DNA of 60,469 nucleotides, filler included, from Platydemus manokwari (taxonomy: Eukaryota): assembly GCA_037951405.1 (NCBI GenBank). It is 4 parts of 4 records of this genome, joined end to end, with 100 filler letters (N's around TTAATTAATTAA, not from the genome) between each part and the next. Parts side by side here need not be neighbours in the genome. Positions count along the whole stretch, not along the records: positions 16,294 to 28,621 come from JBBMOY010186673.1; positions 28,722 to 49,048 come from JBBMOY011589187.1; 2 more parts are not named here. One strand, 5' to 3'. Positions 25,054-39,011 of the stretch are shown piece after piece (positions within the stretch are counted from its first letter, which is position 1; each line of letters starts with the position of its first letter). The translations under genes were made by a program, and so were the position numbers. The notes under the pieces were generated by a model. It saw nothing but the letters and a program-made list of their open reading frames with translations, was not told the origin of the DNA and ran no database searches.

Positions 25054-26349
25054 CAGTAGCCACGGATGGTGCTCCAGCAATAATTGGACGCTACAAAGGG
25101 TTTCTTGCATATTTGAAAAAGGAGGTACCGAATGTACTCACAGTCCACTGTGTTATCCATCGTCAGCACCTAGTTGCCAAAAATTTAAGTCCTCGCCTAC
25201 ATAATTCATTACAATATATAATTAAAGCTGTCAACACAATTCGGAGTAAATCATTGAATGACAGATTATTTAAACAGCTTTGAATTTAAAATGATGAAGA
25301 GTTTAATCGTTTGTTGCTTTATAAAGGATTTCGATGTTTGTCAAAGGAAGTCTTTTTAGATAGGTTTTACAAACTGTTTAACTCTTGCTGCAGTTCTTGG
25401 AAGATAAAGATGATGTATTACGATCCAATTTAATTCAATCCAAAAGTGACATCGATTACTTGACAGACTTATTCCAAAAATTTAATGAAACCAATGTTCA
25501 ACTTCAAGGTGATAAGATGAATTAAATAAAAACAAAATAGGTTATATCTGCATTTGTTTCAAAGCTACTCTTGTATACACAAAACCTTGGACGAGGGGAA
25601 ATCAGACAGTTCCCAAATTTAGCATGGGCAGAAAGTAAAATTGAAAACATGCTATTCTATTGTGAGCACTTAGATGGTCTACGTTTAGATTTTAGTCAGC
25701 CATTTGATGATATTTTGAAAATGAATGTACCAGATTGAATTTTGGATCAATTTTCAAGTGGAAATACAGTAGAATCTTCACAATTGCAAGATGAATTGAT
25801 GGTAGCAAGTGTCAATGATGAGTTGAAATTTAAATTCAAAAGCGGTTACCAAAATTTCTGGTTACAAAAGGAAATATCTACACCTTATCCTGAAGTATGG
25901 GCTGTAGTTCAAAAGTTTCTCATTGCACTTCCTTCATCATATATGGTAGAACGTGGTTTCAGTGCGGTAGTCAATTTGTTAACAAAAGACGGAAACCGCT
26001 TGAAGATAGTCAATCGGGGTGATTTAAAGTTACTTCTGAAGAAAATAGAGTCCAGTGTTACAAAATTGGTAGCAGCACACCAGGTTCATCCTTCTCATTA
26101 ACATAATTTCGAGTTTTTGTATTAAAATGTATTCTAAGAGCAATAAATATGTTCTTACTTTCAAAATGGATTTTTTCTACCTAATTGATATATCTTTTTA
26201 ATATATTTAATGAAAAAGCTAGTAACGTCAAGATTTTTTTATAAATTGCTACTAAAAGTTAAAAGAATTGGTGTGGGTTAGTTTGGGGGCGCTAAGTAAT
26301 ATTTATTCTGAAAAGGGGGCGGTACCCCAGAAAAGTTTTGGAATCACTG
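25054..26349 (+). mobile_element. 5'-truncated hAT (Buster/SCAND3/ZBED8-like) DNA transposon with a dead transposase
   Basis: VATDGAPAIIGRYKGF...VHCVIHRQHLVAKNL...LNDRLFKQL*...PSSYMVERGFSAVVNLLTK...RGDLKLLL...HQVHPSH* with stops and frameshifts; Buster-type right end ...AAAAGTTTTGGAATCACTG at 26349. Confidence 0.88.
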
Positions 26350-28621
26350 GCTTAGAATATTAAATAATACATAAATAATTAGGGAGTCCTAATTAAAATC
26401 AATAGGATAAATTCAAATAACCAAAGGTTAATGATTGATTTTACATAAAGAAAAGAGGTATAATAGACAGTAAGTAAATTAAAAAGAATTACTCAAAATA
26501 AATAACGCCACGGATATGCTAAAATATCAATACAAAACACTTCTTATTCAGATAAAATGTAATTTTTTGAAGGTGTAAAATAATCATCAGATGATTCATG
26601 TGGGGGTAATTATCCGAGTCATGTCTGGGCCAACCATAAACAAAAAGTATCATTTTTTTTAATATTAAAAGCATCTATAAAATTAAATAAAATTTATTAC
26701 AACAAAATTAAAGTGGCTTAATTGACCTCAAGATCATAAGGAAAATTTAATAAAAAATCTATAAATAGAAGTCGCGTCATATCTACAATTAGAACAACAA
26801 CAAAAATTACTAAAAATAGATACTCAAAATAGTGGTTCATTCATAACATACACCAAAATAGTATCATATGCTATTATTTATATTGACGTGAGGCTTAAAA
26901 CACACACACACATATCAAAAATTGAAAAAGTATATAAACAACCATCAATAGTAAGTCAGCGCACAATTTTTTCTTCGTAAATTACAGATTGACAATTTTG
27001 CAGACACAAAAAAATTTTAGAGCACATTTTGATTCACAAAAATTTCGGAATACGAATTTTATTCGATTAGACTTTACAAAAGCTGTTCAGTTGTTTTTGT
27101 TATCATTACGGCAACCGCTCCAGATATTTCATTTGGTTTTCAATATTTTATGATAAATAAATTTTTTATTATTGTTGTAATAATTAATTAGCTATACTGT
27201 CTTTTAAAATCTAATAAGAAGCTCATACTTGGTTTCCCACTTTCATTGTGTTAGAGAGGCTTGTGCGAGCATCTAAGCGGCACTCTCTTTGCTTTTATCT
27301 GGAAGTTTCTGTACTTAAACAATATAGTTACATATTATCTTCTCGATTTGTAAATTTTCTCTCAATTAATCAAATATATTTTATTGTTCTGCATTGTCTT
27401 ATTTTATATTTAGTATTTAAATTTTAAATATTATTTTTGATTATTATTCCCCGATTATTTGTCTGCAGCAACAACTTTATCTGTATGATTTCATATAAAT
27501 AAAAGATATCAAGACCCTTCAGATCACCTAAACGTTATCTAAATCTTTAAAGTTCTAGTAAAGCCACTTAATTTTTTCAATAATTTTCTATTGACTATAT
27601 CTAGTTTGATACAATATACGACCATATAAGCTTAATATTTCCACAAAATTCTGTCTGAGGAAATTTACAGATGACTGGCTGAACAGTCTTAATCGTAATT
27701 CTTGCGATTGGAAACTGTAAAGGAAATAAGTAGTCTTTACTTCGAATCAAATAACCCTGTGTATTTATTTGTGTTCTATGCCTCACATTATTGCTATTTG
27801 TTCTCATTTAATCTTCAGTAATTGAGCTTTTCTCAAATTCTACGGTGCGATAATGCGCAAGAATAAATGTACTGAAGCTAATGTGCTGACTGAGCGTACT
27901 GAAATTATGTGCAAATTCCTAATTTTGGGCATATACCCAGATTTTTTGTGGGAGTGATGATTAATTTTTCCGCGAATGATTTTTCCCCTTAGTGATTTAT
28001 TTAGTTTCCATGGTGATACAACGTTACTAATGTTTCCACCTTAGCAATATGTAAATCACCATGGTGATATGGATTAGTGTTTCAAATTTCCATTGCAAAA
28101 GGGGATTTAAAACTAATTCTGAGATTGGCTTATTCATCTTATTATTTATTTATATATTATTAGTGTGGTGGGATGTGGGCTGAATGTACCAAATGAGTAT
28201 CACTACTCAACAATGTACAATTTTTTGAGTACAATATTACAAGTGCATAAAATTGATATTACATATTCAAGCGTACGATATTATTTAAACATTTGGTGGA
28301 CCAATCATATTATTATTCCTTATCCGTTTCCATAGGAACTTTTATTTCAAATCAATTATTCAGAACATATTTTTCCAATGAGTATTGTTTTATTGTTTCT
28401 GAATAATTTACTGCAGACTCGCAGCTATAACTAGTTTTGTGGTATTTTAAAGTCTCATAAGTGATTCAATCTTCTGTTCCCCAATTTCATTTTTTACAGA
28501 ATAGCTTATCCGAACTCGTAGGTGGCACGTATTTTACTTTTATCTTGAAGATACTCATTATCTAATATTATATAATTTTATATTATTTTTTAGTGTTGCA
28601 AAAGTATTTTAATTAATAAAA

Positions 28622-28721
28622 NNNNNNNNNNNNNNNNNNNNNNNNNNNNNNNNNNNNNNNNNNNNTTAATTAATTAANNNNNNNNNNNNNNNNNNNNNNN
28701 NNNNNNNNNNNNNNNNNNNNN
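28622..28721. other. Artificial contig spacer
   Basis: 44 N + TTAATTAATTAA + 44 N. Confidence 0.97.
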
Positions 28722-31700
28722 ATATTTAATGCTCTCTCTTATTTTGCTTCAGCATGTTTTGTTTCCTTTTATTTCGTAGATTATACTGATTTCTCCATTC
28801 TTATACTTTCTTGATTATCATAACTTGGTTGAACAAGGAGTATGGCCGTCAGCATAATTATTTCATGTTTGCTCGTTAATAAATAATTAGAGTGGGTGAT
28901 CGATTGTATTGTATACTACTCCGTTATGTTCAGTAGTCCACAACCATCATTTGACTTATTTGAATAAAGGTAATTCGATGAGCAAAATTTCACTACTCTA
29001 ATAATTCTTTAAGATATTTACTTATCATCACATAATATAATCGGTATAGGTCATAATCGTAAAAGGTCATTTTAGTATGCACAAACAACTCAAAGGCCCT
29101 CACAATTTTGATTGGTTTCGTTTCATAATTTACATATTTAAGAGAAGTTTTGCCTTTTTTGCAGAAACATCGTATGATTCTGATGGCATTTTTAGTTAAG
29201 TCCATATGTTCAGGAATTGTCTTAGAATTCGAAGTGAACATTATCAATATTTTTCTTGCTGTGTTCTTCTATAATGACCCAAAGTAAAAAATTGTATTCA
29301 GCATACTATTTATTTGCACCTAGGCTCTTCTGAAGTGGATGTATTAAGTTGTTTTTATCAATTCGATTCTTCAGTTGCATGCACAGAAAATTTTGAAAAT
29401 GTAATAGCTGGATTCGAGTAGAACAACAGGAGCTGACTTGATGATAGTGGTCCTCTTTCATGAGTTTCGGTATCATCATCTAGGCACATTTTGAAGATCT
29501 TGTGGATGAATTTTGTCTTTTTATGAAGAAGATATAATCATTCTGGTTGTCTGCAGTAGCCGGTCTCATTCCAATTAAATCGTTAATCGAATCTCGGGGA
29601 ATGTTTTCTTTACATTTTGTTCTGATGGTTCCAGCGTCTTTACCTATCCATAATTATTTTTTGTAGATCCATATAAATGGACGGTAGTCAAAGTTCTTCG
29701 TTTGTAGTTGTCATTTTCTCTTATCGTAGAAGTTTATTGTTATCCTTCATTTTTTCAAACTGCGTTTTGCTTCAGCTTCACATAAGAATTCGTCACTACT
29801 CAGTAGGTCAAGTATGCCTCCTCAAACGAGCAGACGACTAGTAGCGTCAAATATTGGTTTCGTACGTTAATTGGAGCAAGGACAGTTTTGCATGATCTGA
29901 GGCTCATAGGGTTGCTATCTACTTTACTTATATTGACTACATTTGCTATTAACTCTGTAAAATAGCAACTGATGAAATAGCAATAATTTAACTTAACACT
30001 CGTCGATACATATTTATCAATCTAGTCACAAGAGAACCATTTTGTTCACTCCAGAATATGACTCAGTTGGATCCTTGATTTAGAATGCTTTTTTGGTTTT
30101 CCGAGGATAGGAGCTCTTTAATTATTAGGCCCACTATTTTTTCCTCATATGCACAGCTTTGTTGAGTTTTTTTCTTGTATATTCTGCCATAAGGTTCTTT
30201 TTCATCTTTTCTCTTTCTAATTCAAAGATTGAATTGTCCAGAACTGTAGTATGTATCTCTGTATGTACAACTGTGTTAATCATTTTGAAGCTCCTTTCTT
30301 TAGCTTATATTCTAGTCTTGGTCGTATTTAGGTTGAATATATTCAAGCTTAAGTGATTTTTGATTGAATTATCGAGATCAACTTTGTTTAATTGCTTGGC
30401 TTGAGGATTCGTGCTGTTTTGCTTTTCCATAATTTTATTTGGTCCGAAGGTACTGTTGTGATGATTAAACATACTGTGTGAGTTTTGAATATCCAGGTTA
30501 CTTCTTTTATTATCGTTAATTTCTTGTCAGGTTCGTTGGCTGTTATTACCTGATCTCAAATTGGACTCCAAACGATCTGTTGTGTTTCGTGTGAAAGATA
30601 TGATATGGATATAATTTATTATTTATAAATATGAATAACACGATATGACCTGAAAAATATATTAGCAGAAAAATGTGCAAAAATAGATGAAAATATAGAT
30701 GACAATCCAATTATAATGTATCGTATGTAAACAAAGAGGTGGAAAAGTGTTGAATCACTTAACCAGATAAGGGGATTAACCGTTTAATGAAGAAAACTAA
30801 TATAAAAATTAGGGAAAAAAACAAAGATGATTTTAGTTAGTATCGAATCTGACGACTCGATAGAAAATTTCACTAAAATATACTTGATTGTACCGCGAAT
30901 AAAGTGGAGATCCTGATCTTGAAGGTAATTTCTGAGCAGTTGTCGAATTACGATTTACTGGCTTCCTCAATTATGCAATCTGACGTCTTCGTGAAGTGCT
31001 TTTAGCGAATGAGGTTTGAGCTAAGCTTAAGGTTTAACTGTCCAATTTCTTAACATTGCTGTTTCTCAGTAATTTTCTGGCCAGTATATCTAAATGTTGT
31101 CGTTCTTATATACTGGCTCTGGTGTTCTTTCTAGCCAATCGTGATTTTTAAAATGCTGTTTTTAATTGTTAATCTATTTATAGGATTGAGTAATTCAATT
31201 TATAGAATTTGTTATTTTTAATGTGTAATTATGTTTTGTGGGTGTAATGCTGATTGTAGGCGTACTTTGTTAATTGTCAACGTGGGCTTAATGTGAGTTT
31301 GGATCCTAACATCATTATCTAAGGTATGTATTGACCGAAAGATATCTTTTGGGGTTTTTATAATTTTATCGGTGCCATTTCTTCTATTTCATAATTTCGA
31401 AGATTATTTTTGAATTGCATTAGTGCATCGTCATTCCTTACTGCTGAGATATTATTGGAGTTGCAATTGGTGACCCCAGCACTTGTTTTCATGTTTGTTT
31501 GCTACTCTGTTCGTTTTCTCCTTTTCTCCAATAATCTTTCTGAATTTATCTAAAGTTGTTTTGAGATGTGGTTAAACTTTTCTTATCCGATGTTTATGTT
31601 AAGAGATCTTGAAAAACATATCATTTTTTTCTTTGATTTTTCTTGTAGGATTAGTAGGTGATGATTTTTTTGTTTTTTAATTTTCTGATTTAAACCAAGA

Positions 31701-32325
31701 GGTATAACACCTGGTACGAGATCTCCTTCTGAAGTCTCGTCGTGTTTCCCTCTTCATTATTTGAAAACCTTCATAATCGAGTATAATGGGACTTGGTTTC
31801 TTGTTGGAATTCTAGTTGTGGCTGTTATCTCTTGAACTCTATATACTTAAGGTCCTTTTGCTATTAACATCTCCCAAGTTAAAAAATTTCACAATATTTT
31901 GCATAGGACAGTCTTGGGGTGGTACAGTCTATTTTGTATTTTGGAGTATCCATTGAAATTTTCAATAGGGTAATCCGACAAGTATTTCTCCATTCATCGT
32001 ACCACGTCATGTAGCTTCGGCATAACTACAGCAAAGGGTTATTATCTCTATTTCTACTTGGAGTGAGGTCATTGTAAGGCTGATCAACATTCTGTGAGTT
32101 TTCTTCGCAATTGTCTAACCAATGAGGTTGTCTTCGTTGCCCGGTAAGTTTAGGTTTTTCTCTAGTGGTTTGTTTAGAAGTTTTTCAATACTTATTATTG
32201 GAGTTTCTCCTGTAACTGGGTTCGGTATTAGGCTGATCGTCTTTGTAGGAATACTCATTTCAGTCACCTTTATTGTTACATGGTAAAAGATTTTTTAAAG
32301 CATTGGGCGATTGGAAAACATGATA
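28722..32325 (-). mobile_element. Highly degenerate non-LTR retrotransposon region (RT remnants plus upstream sequence)
   Basis: Minus-strand fragments in RT order: HKIFKMCLD, QLKNRIDKNNLIHPLQK, HMDLTKNAIRIIRCFCKKGKTSLKYVNYETKPIKIVR (RT domains 3-4 like) and NYADG (YADD-like) near 28850. Many stops; GC higher than flanks; may be more than one element. Confidence 0.55.
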
Positions 32326-35300
32326 GATTTAATTTTAATTATTTTCGCGGAAGTTTGCAATTGAACTGGTTTATGAGTTTAACTTTTTTCAATTAATAGT
32401 AATTTCCACTTTGTACTGAAATCAGCTGGTTACATAATCACCAGAAGCTTAAAATATTACAAATTTTCATGTGAGGGACTTGATTCAAACAACAACTTTT
32501 AGTTTTCATTTATGATAGAGGATATAACTTATACAACTAAATTATGAGTTACTTGCTTCATCTAAACAATACCAAGATCTTTTAAAATTATTACTAAATT
32601 ATAATAAAATTTCTAATAATAAAAGATCTGCATTTTGAGTAGTACCGTATTCAAAGACTGATTGTAGTAAAGAGTTTCAATTCAATCAGTCACAAAATAT
32701 TCAAAATTATATATTGCCTATACATTGAGTATTTAATTTTTATCAAAATTTCCATTTCAACATACAGATGTAATTCCAGTAGATATAAATCAAAAAATAA
32801 AATTTTCTTTAATACAATATTTGTTGAAGAAGTTTTATTTTAATTCTGGAGATAGTTAATATTATCGGTGTTCGGTTATTAAATTTTTCTTGAAAGCAGA
32901 ATATTCTGTTTTTCACATTATTTACAATATTTTCTAAACCCTTGTGACGATACATTCTGATTTTTATGTATGAGTTCAAATACAAATTTTTTTTTATTTT
33001 TAAGTGTCATTCAAACAAATGTTTAAATAGTCTTGGATTTTAATTTGAGGAGACTTAGATTTTTTTTTATCAGTTTCGTTTATTCATAATAAAATGAATA
33101 AAATATCTTTCCAGTATTCAGTTTCAATAAATGAAAATAATTCACAATATAAAATAAAGGATGTTTATAAAGTATAAATATGAATATTTTCTACAATTTA
33201 ATACTTTTAATAGAGTCTTAAAATTTTGCACTACGTTAATATTTTTGCAAAAGCCAATTGTGAATTTCGTCGTTCAATTTCATTTTCAAAATTGATATTA
33301 ATGTCATTTTCTATCTCAAGATCAAGTTAATTCCAGTCAAATTATCAAAAAACCATTTGCAAATCTAATCGTTAGCGGAACTTTTACTTTCATAAACTCT
33401 ACTACAAACCTAAAGCTCATTTTGATGAAAGTTTACTATATATATATAATTGACAATTGGCTAAAGTTAAATTATAAAGATCCTAAAATAAATTTTAATT
33501 TATGGAGTGTCTTGCAAAAATCGATATAGTTTATTAAATTAAATTCTTTAAAAAATTTTGAATTTTTTATTTATGTACTGGAGAAAAATTTTTGAAATGA
33601 AAATTAGTTGGTTATAATCGAATATTATATACACAGGATTTTTAAAATCTACTATTGCAATTAATTCAAAATTATCGAGTACTACCTTTTAATATTAGAA
33701 GCAAATGGAACGATATCTATGATTTTTATAAAAAAGTGAATTGGAAACCATTGAGGAGATCCAGGAACTAGGTACTTGTGCTTTCTCTCAAAATAAATAT
33801 ATTAATGTTTATTTAATAGATTGGATACAAAGATCCACAACCTGTCAATGTGGAAATGTAATGAAAATTTCATCTAATCAAATAAAACCTACTTAATTAT
33901 CAAAGCATTTAGAACTTTTCTTTAAAAAATAAAACTAGAATTTATATACACAAAAAACTAAATTAAAATTTGATAATTTTTTGATCTTATAATATTCTAT
34001 AAATCCATAGTACACATCAAAAAACAAATTAAAATTTTCGAAAATAGGATTTAAATTTATAAAGCAATTTGAACTCAATCGTATACATCATCCATTAATA
34101 ATATACTTTAAAGTAAAGACTTTCGTTATTAATAAAATAATAGTAAATTAAATTTTGAAGGAATTATAATATTTACAAGACAAAGTTAATTATAATGAAC
34201 TGTGAATTGATATGAATTTCAAAATAGTATTTAAAAAAACAATATAATTACAACCTGTAGTGTTTGAGTTTATAATATCCTAAGTCAAAAATGGAAAACC
34301 AGTTTTGTAATTTTATAATTTCACCAGCCAACATAAAATAAGTACACAGTGACGATCTTAGTATGTTCACGAATTTACTTATCCAAATAGATTTTTGAAA
34401 ACAGTAACTAAATTTAAAATTCATTGTTAAACAATACGTCAAATAATTGTTTTGGTACCTTTGCATTGTCATAGAAGAGAGGTAAGAAACACTTGACAAA
34501 CATACTAAACATGCCACTCAATAGAGTTTTTTTAAGAAACACAAATAATTTTTTTAAAATTCTATATTTTAATTTTTAATTTATGTTTCACTTAAACCAT
34601 TTACAGATTTTGTAAAGAAATTAATTAAAAAGTCTTTCAAATTTTTTGACCATGTTAATCTCATATTTATTATTTTTAGATACCCACTGATTAAAAATGC
34701 ATACTCCCAAGTAGCATAAAAAGTTAAAGCTCATATATATTTATTATTTTTATTATTTCCATAGTTTTGTTTTAATACACTATTATTATTAATTTCATCT
34801 AATTGCAATCATGAAATAATATTTAAAAAGATTATTTGATATTTGACTTGGTAATTTCAAAAATTTTATTTGGTTCTCAATTGATGCCCAATAAACAAAA
34901 ATCACAGCATGTACGGAGATTTTATCATCGCTAACTCTTGATTAAAAATGAAGATAAAAGCTGTTGTAACTTGGATTTCGAAACTAACCTTAAGAAAATT
35001 GCTGAAATTCAATAAAACTTATAATCTCAATATGTGAAAAATTCGGACAATGTAAAAGAATCCAAAAAAAGAATCCAATAATTACATATTTACATTGTTG
35101 TTTATTATATTATTTACTGGTCCTCAAAGGAATTAAATTAATATCATGCAATGACAAAACTATCGGAATTTAACTGAATATTAAAGCTTTAGATTTTAGA
35201 ATTTAAACTCGTTTTCTGTTGCAACAAGGAATATATGTCCTGCTCCAGAACAAAATATTTCACCCTAAATTTAAAGCAAAATAATTTTTTGTCTCAGTGT

Positions 35301-36587
35301 GATCAGTGTAGAAATGATTAATTGTTTTTTGTTAATCAAAGAATATGAAATTGATAATAATAAAAAGTAATAAAAATAATATTATCAAAATATGAAACAT
35401 ACCACGGAAGTTTTATGGGTACGAACTGCCTGATAGACAAATATCATAAAAGAGCCAAAAGAAAACTAAGAACATTATTTCAATATTCATATATTTTAGT
35501 GTAATGAATATTAATAACATTATTTTATGTGACAATAGCTTATTAATCGTTGCGTAACATTAAACATTTATTATCAAATAGAAATTTGAAAATCAACAAC
35601 CGGTTTTTTTTAGATGTAGAGCATTTTTGGTATGACAATCGTATAATTCTCCAGTTGTAATTAGGCTGGCTCTTGTACAAATTATCGTAGCGATGTTGTT
35701 TGTTGTTGCTATTCATTTTGTATTATGCTTTTTAAGACTATAAATCTATACACACAATCACACACATATATTTATTTATAAAATTCTTTATAATTTTTAT
35801 ATTCCTTTTTGAGTGAATTCTATTTTTATTTGCTGATGATCTCGACCGTGTTTGTTTTTCTATAATCTTCCATGTTTGAGTTAAATTACTCACTTAAGAG
35901 ACTTATGAACAAATGACTAATCACTGCCTCCAAAAACTAGACGGTTGACTTTATTTTCAACTATGTACTACTCAGTTTACTAGAAATAATATCAAGGACA
36001 TTGCGAATTGATAGCCAACTAAAAATGTAAAAATATTGTTGAGGATTCAACTTAAGAAAACTTTTAAAAATCTTTTTAGTCTAATTTAAACAAAATAATC
36101 GTTATTTTTTCTATTTTACATTGATAAATCTTAACACTTAACTCTACATATAAAACAAATAAGATTGATAAAAAATATACTCAGTATTTAACATGAACAA
36201 GCCATTCATTTTATTAGTGGACTTGTATAATTTAATTTTTAATTTCCTTGTTTAAATGCTCGTCCTTTCAGATTTGATATTGTATTATATTTCCAAATCG
36301 ATATCAAATAGAAATAACTGAAGATATAATTTTAATGATTTATGGTTTTTGAAATTAATCCTAAGATAGTTTTTTGAATTTTTAACAAATATAATATTAA
36401 AATACTTCAAAATATATAAAATTATATATTCTGTTATTTATGAAATTTATTATAAATATGTTTAGTTTTTCTAGGTGATTCTTCATAATATTTGTTAAAT
36501 AAAAAATGAGATTTGTTTTAATATTAAAAACAAACCCGTGTGATTTTTAAATAGATAATTTTTAATTGTAGCAACTGATGTTTTTAC

Positions 36588-36962
36588 TGGCGACTACACC
36601 GAAATCAACGCTCTGGTTAAAGCCAAAGCGAGGAGAAGCAGAAAATTTTTCCCAATCTACCCCTAAAAACTCAGGAGTTATTATTTTCAAAGCCGTCATT
36701 CTTCGATTCATCAATTCAAGATGCTGTAAAATGGTTTCAAACAACTCAAGGTTTTGCAACATTTAACCAAATGGAACTATCCTTTGCATTTGACATGTTG
36801 TTGAGAGATGATGCCAAACAACTGTGCCAAGAAGCTGTTTCAAATGAAGAGATTGAAAAATGGTTTTTGGAAACATTTTCACATGGCAAAACAGTGTACA
36901 ACAAGATTCAGGATTTGGCAGTACAGCAAAAAAGACCAGATGAAAAATACCGAAGAAATTGA
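36588..36962 (+). mobile_element. Ty3/Gypsy-like remnant: PBS-like motif followed by a gag-like reading frame
   Basis: TGGCGAC at 36588. Frame 36621-36962 is open and encodes KPSFFDSSIQDAVKWF...MLLRDDAKQL...EEIEKWFLETF...KIQDLAVQQKRPDE, the typical retrotransposon gag spacing pattern. Confidence 0.45.
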
Positions 36963-37954
36963 AAGGGTCTTTTACTATCGACCCTGCAATGTCCGACGAT
37001 GGAAGAAGAGGGCTGGCTGTCAATTTGGAGAAGTTAACTGAGTTCTGTTATTCAGATATAAGCATATATATATATACAAAATCTCAATTTCTATAATCAT
37101 AATTTATATTAAAGAAGATCAAAACAAAGAGTTAGAGATTTTCCAATAGTCTGGCGGTTACTAATTCAGAATCGGAAAATGAAAATTTTGAATTATATAT
37201 TTAAATCAAATTTGCTTTTCTGTTAATATTATTAGGTTATTGTTGCGTCAGTTTTTTCTTATTTTTGTCACATTTGATCATACCTAAATGCAATCTCCAT
37301 TTTGTTAAATTTCCTATATAATTTTAAATGAAATTTTCATAACGTATTTTTTATTTATTGATTTATTTGTTTTACTCCTTGCATTATTTTTGTAAGAAAT
37401 TTGAAATTGATTTATATTTAATAAAAAACAACTACAATAATAAGTTATTGGCCTGATATAGATGATCATTTTTTATTGCTTTTAAAATTTAATCGTATTA
37501 GTTTTGATTTCAAATTGGGAAAATTTTTATGGTCTTACAATGCACAGAAATTAAAAAAGTAAAGTATAATCTAATTGTTTAAATTACATAGAATTTTGAG
37601 AATGCGTCCACAATTTTCGAAAGTTTATTTAAATACGCCTTTTGGCTTCAGTTAAGTAAAAGGGTCCTTTGACCTACTTTCGTTATAATGAATTTTCGCG
37701 CATATAATTTTATAACTTAATTTTATATATAACTGCTATTTATTCGTATAATTCAGTTAATATATCATTTTTTAAGATGTCTAATAGTGACAAAACATAA
37801 TTTTAAAACCAAGTTCCTATTTTATTCACAACCCTTCTATATGATTATTTGAGTTTTAAAATTAAAATTTTTATAATTATAAATCGAGTTAGTTAATTGC
37901 AGATAAGTTTAATGTAAGATTTATTATATGACATAAAAGTTTTCATTTTAGTAT

Positions 37955-39011
37955 TGGACGTTCGACCAGTCATGAGAAAGTGGGTTGCATGACCCATGTG
38001 GGTATGAGCTCAATTGCTAGAAGGGAACTGATCCCAACTAACCCAACTGAAGAGAAAAAAAGGAGTGAAGGCTAAGCTGGCCGACTGGCTTCTCAGAAGT
38101 TGGACTGGGTTACATACTGAGTTTGATATTCCTGGATTCATCATTGGTTCAAGTTCCATGTTCCATTATTCTGCTCAGATCTGAGAGCTCCTGAATTTCA
38201 TCACTTAAGAGATTGCCTGAATTCCATTATCCCGGCTGTCCGGGTTCTAGCTAGCATTAAATCCTATTTTAGCGTTCTCACCTATGAATTTAAAATCACA
38301 AGGAGAACATATGTATTATTAAAATACAACCTAATATTTGAGCTTAATGGTTCAATGTATTTACAAGATTTCCATTTATAGACACATGGCTTTATGTCTT
38401 CGAATCTTGGTTTATGGGTGTTATACCAAAACCATCGTGAAATTGGGTATCTCCTCTATTTGGTAGACTTGACCCTTCTTTCATATTGATTAGCATCCCG
38501 TTTGATGATGATGCCAGATCCGGACTGCCTAATGTTAGAAGCAGACATAAGTTTGCTAAGAATCTTAATATTTGCATCCGTTATTATTAAGGCTTTTAAG
38601 TTTTGCCGCAACTTGTTTCGGAGTTATTGGATCGAGTTCTAGTGTGATGTCACTTCTAGTACATAGATTAATGATTTCATTTGGAACTAAGTCGAATGAT
38701 TCATTAGCATAATTTAGATAAATCTCATTTATGTTTGGACCTTTTTTAAATCGGCATTCCTGATTAATAATTTTTTCCACATTCACTTTTCGTTTTGTTT
38801 TGAATAGTGATTGTAGTTTAATGTTATCAGGAAGGTTAAAGGTTTTCTTTATGCTTAGGTATGGTCTAGGTTTCGAGTTTATTACTGAGGGTTTTACAGG
38901 CACGTAAGATAGGATTAAATCGTTCATGTCATTTATAAAATAAATGTAAAAATTAAGAATATCTCTCAATTTGCTTCTAATGTTACAAAAGGGGTCTTCG
39001 CTAATTTTCAA
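37955..39011 (-). mobile_element. Degenerate non-LTR retrotransposon fragment (possibly R2/NeSL-like)
   Basis: The 148-aa ORF ends DPITPKQVAAKLKSLNN, resembling the 'PITxxEVxxxLKxxxxSAPGPDG' RT lead-in; it is followed by frameshifted, stop-ridden GC-richer sequence. Confidence 0.4.
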
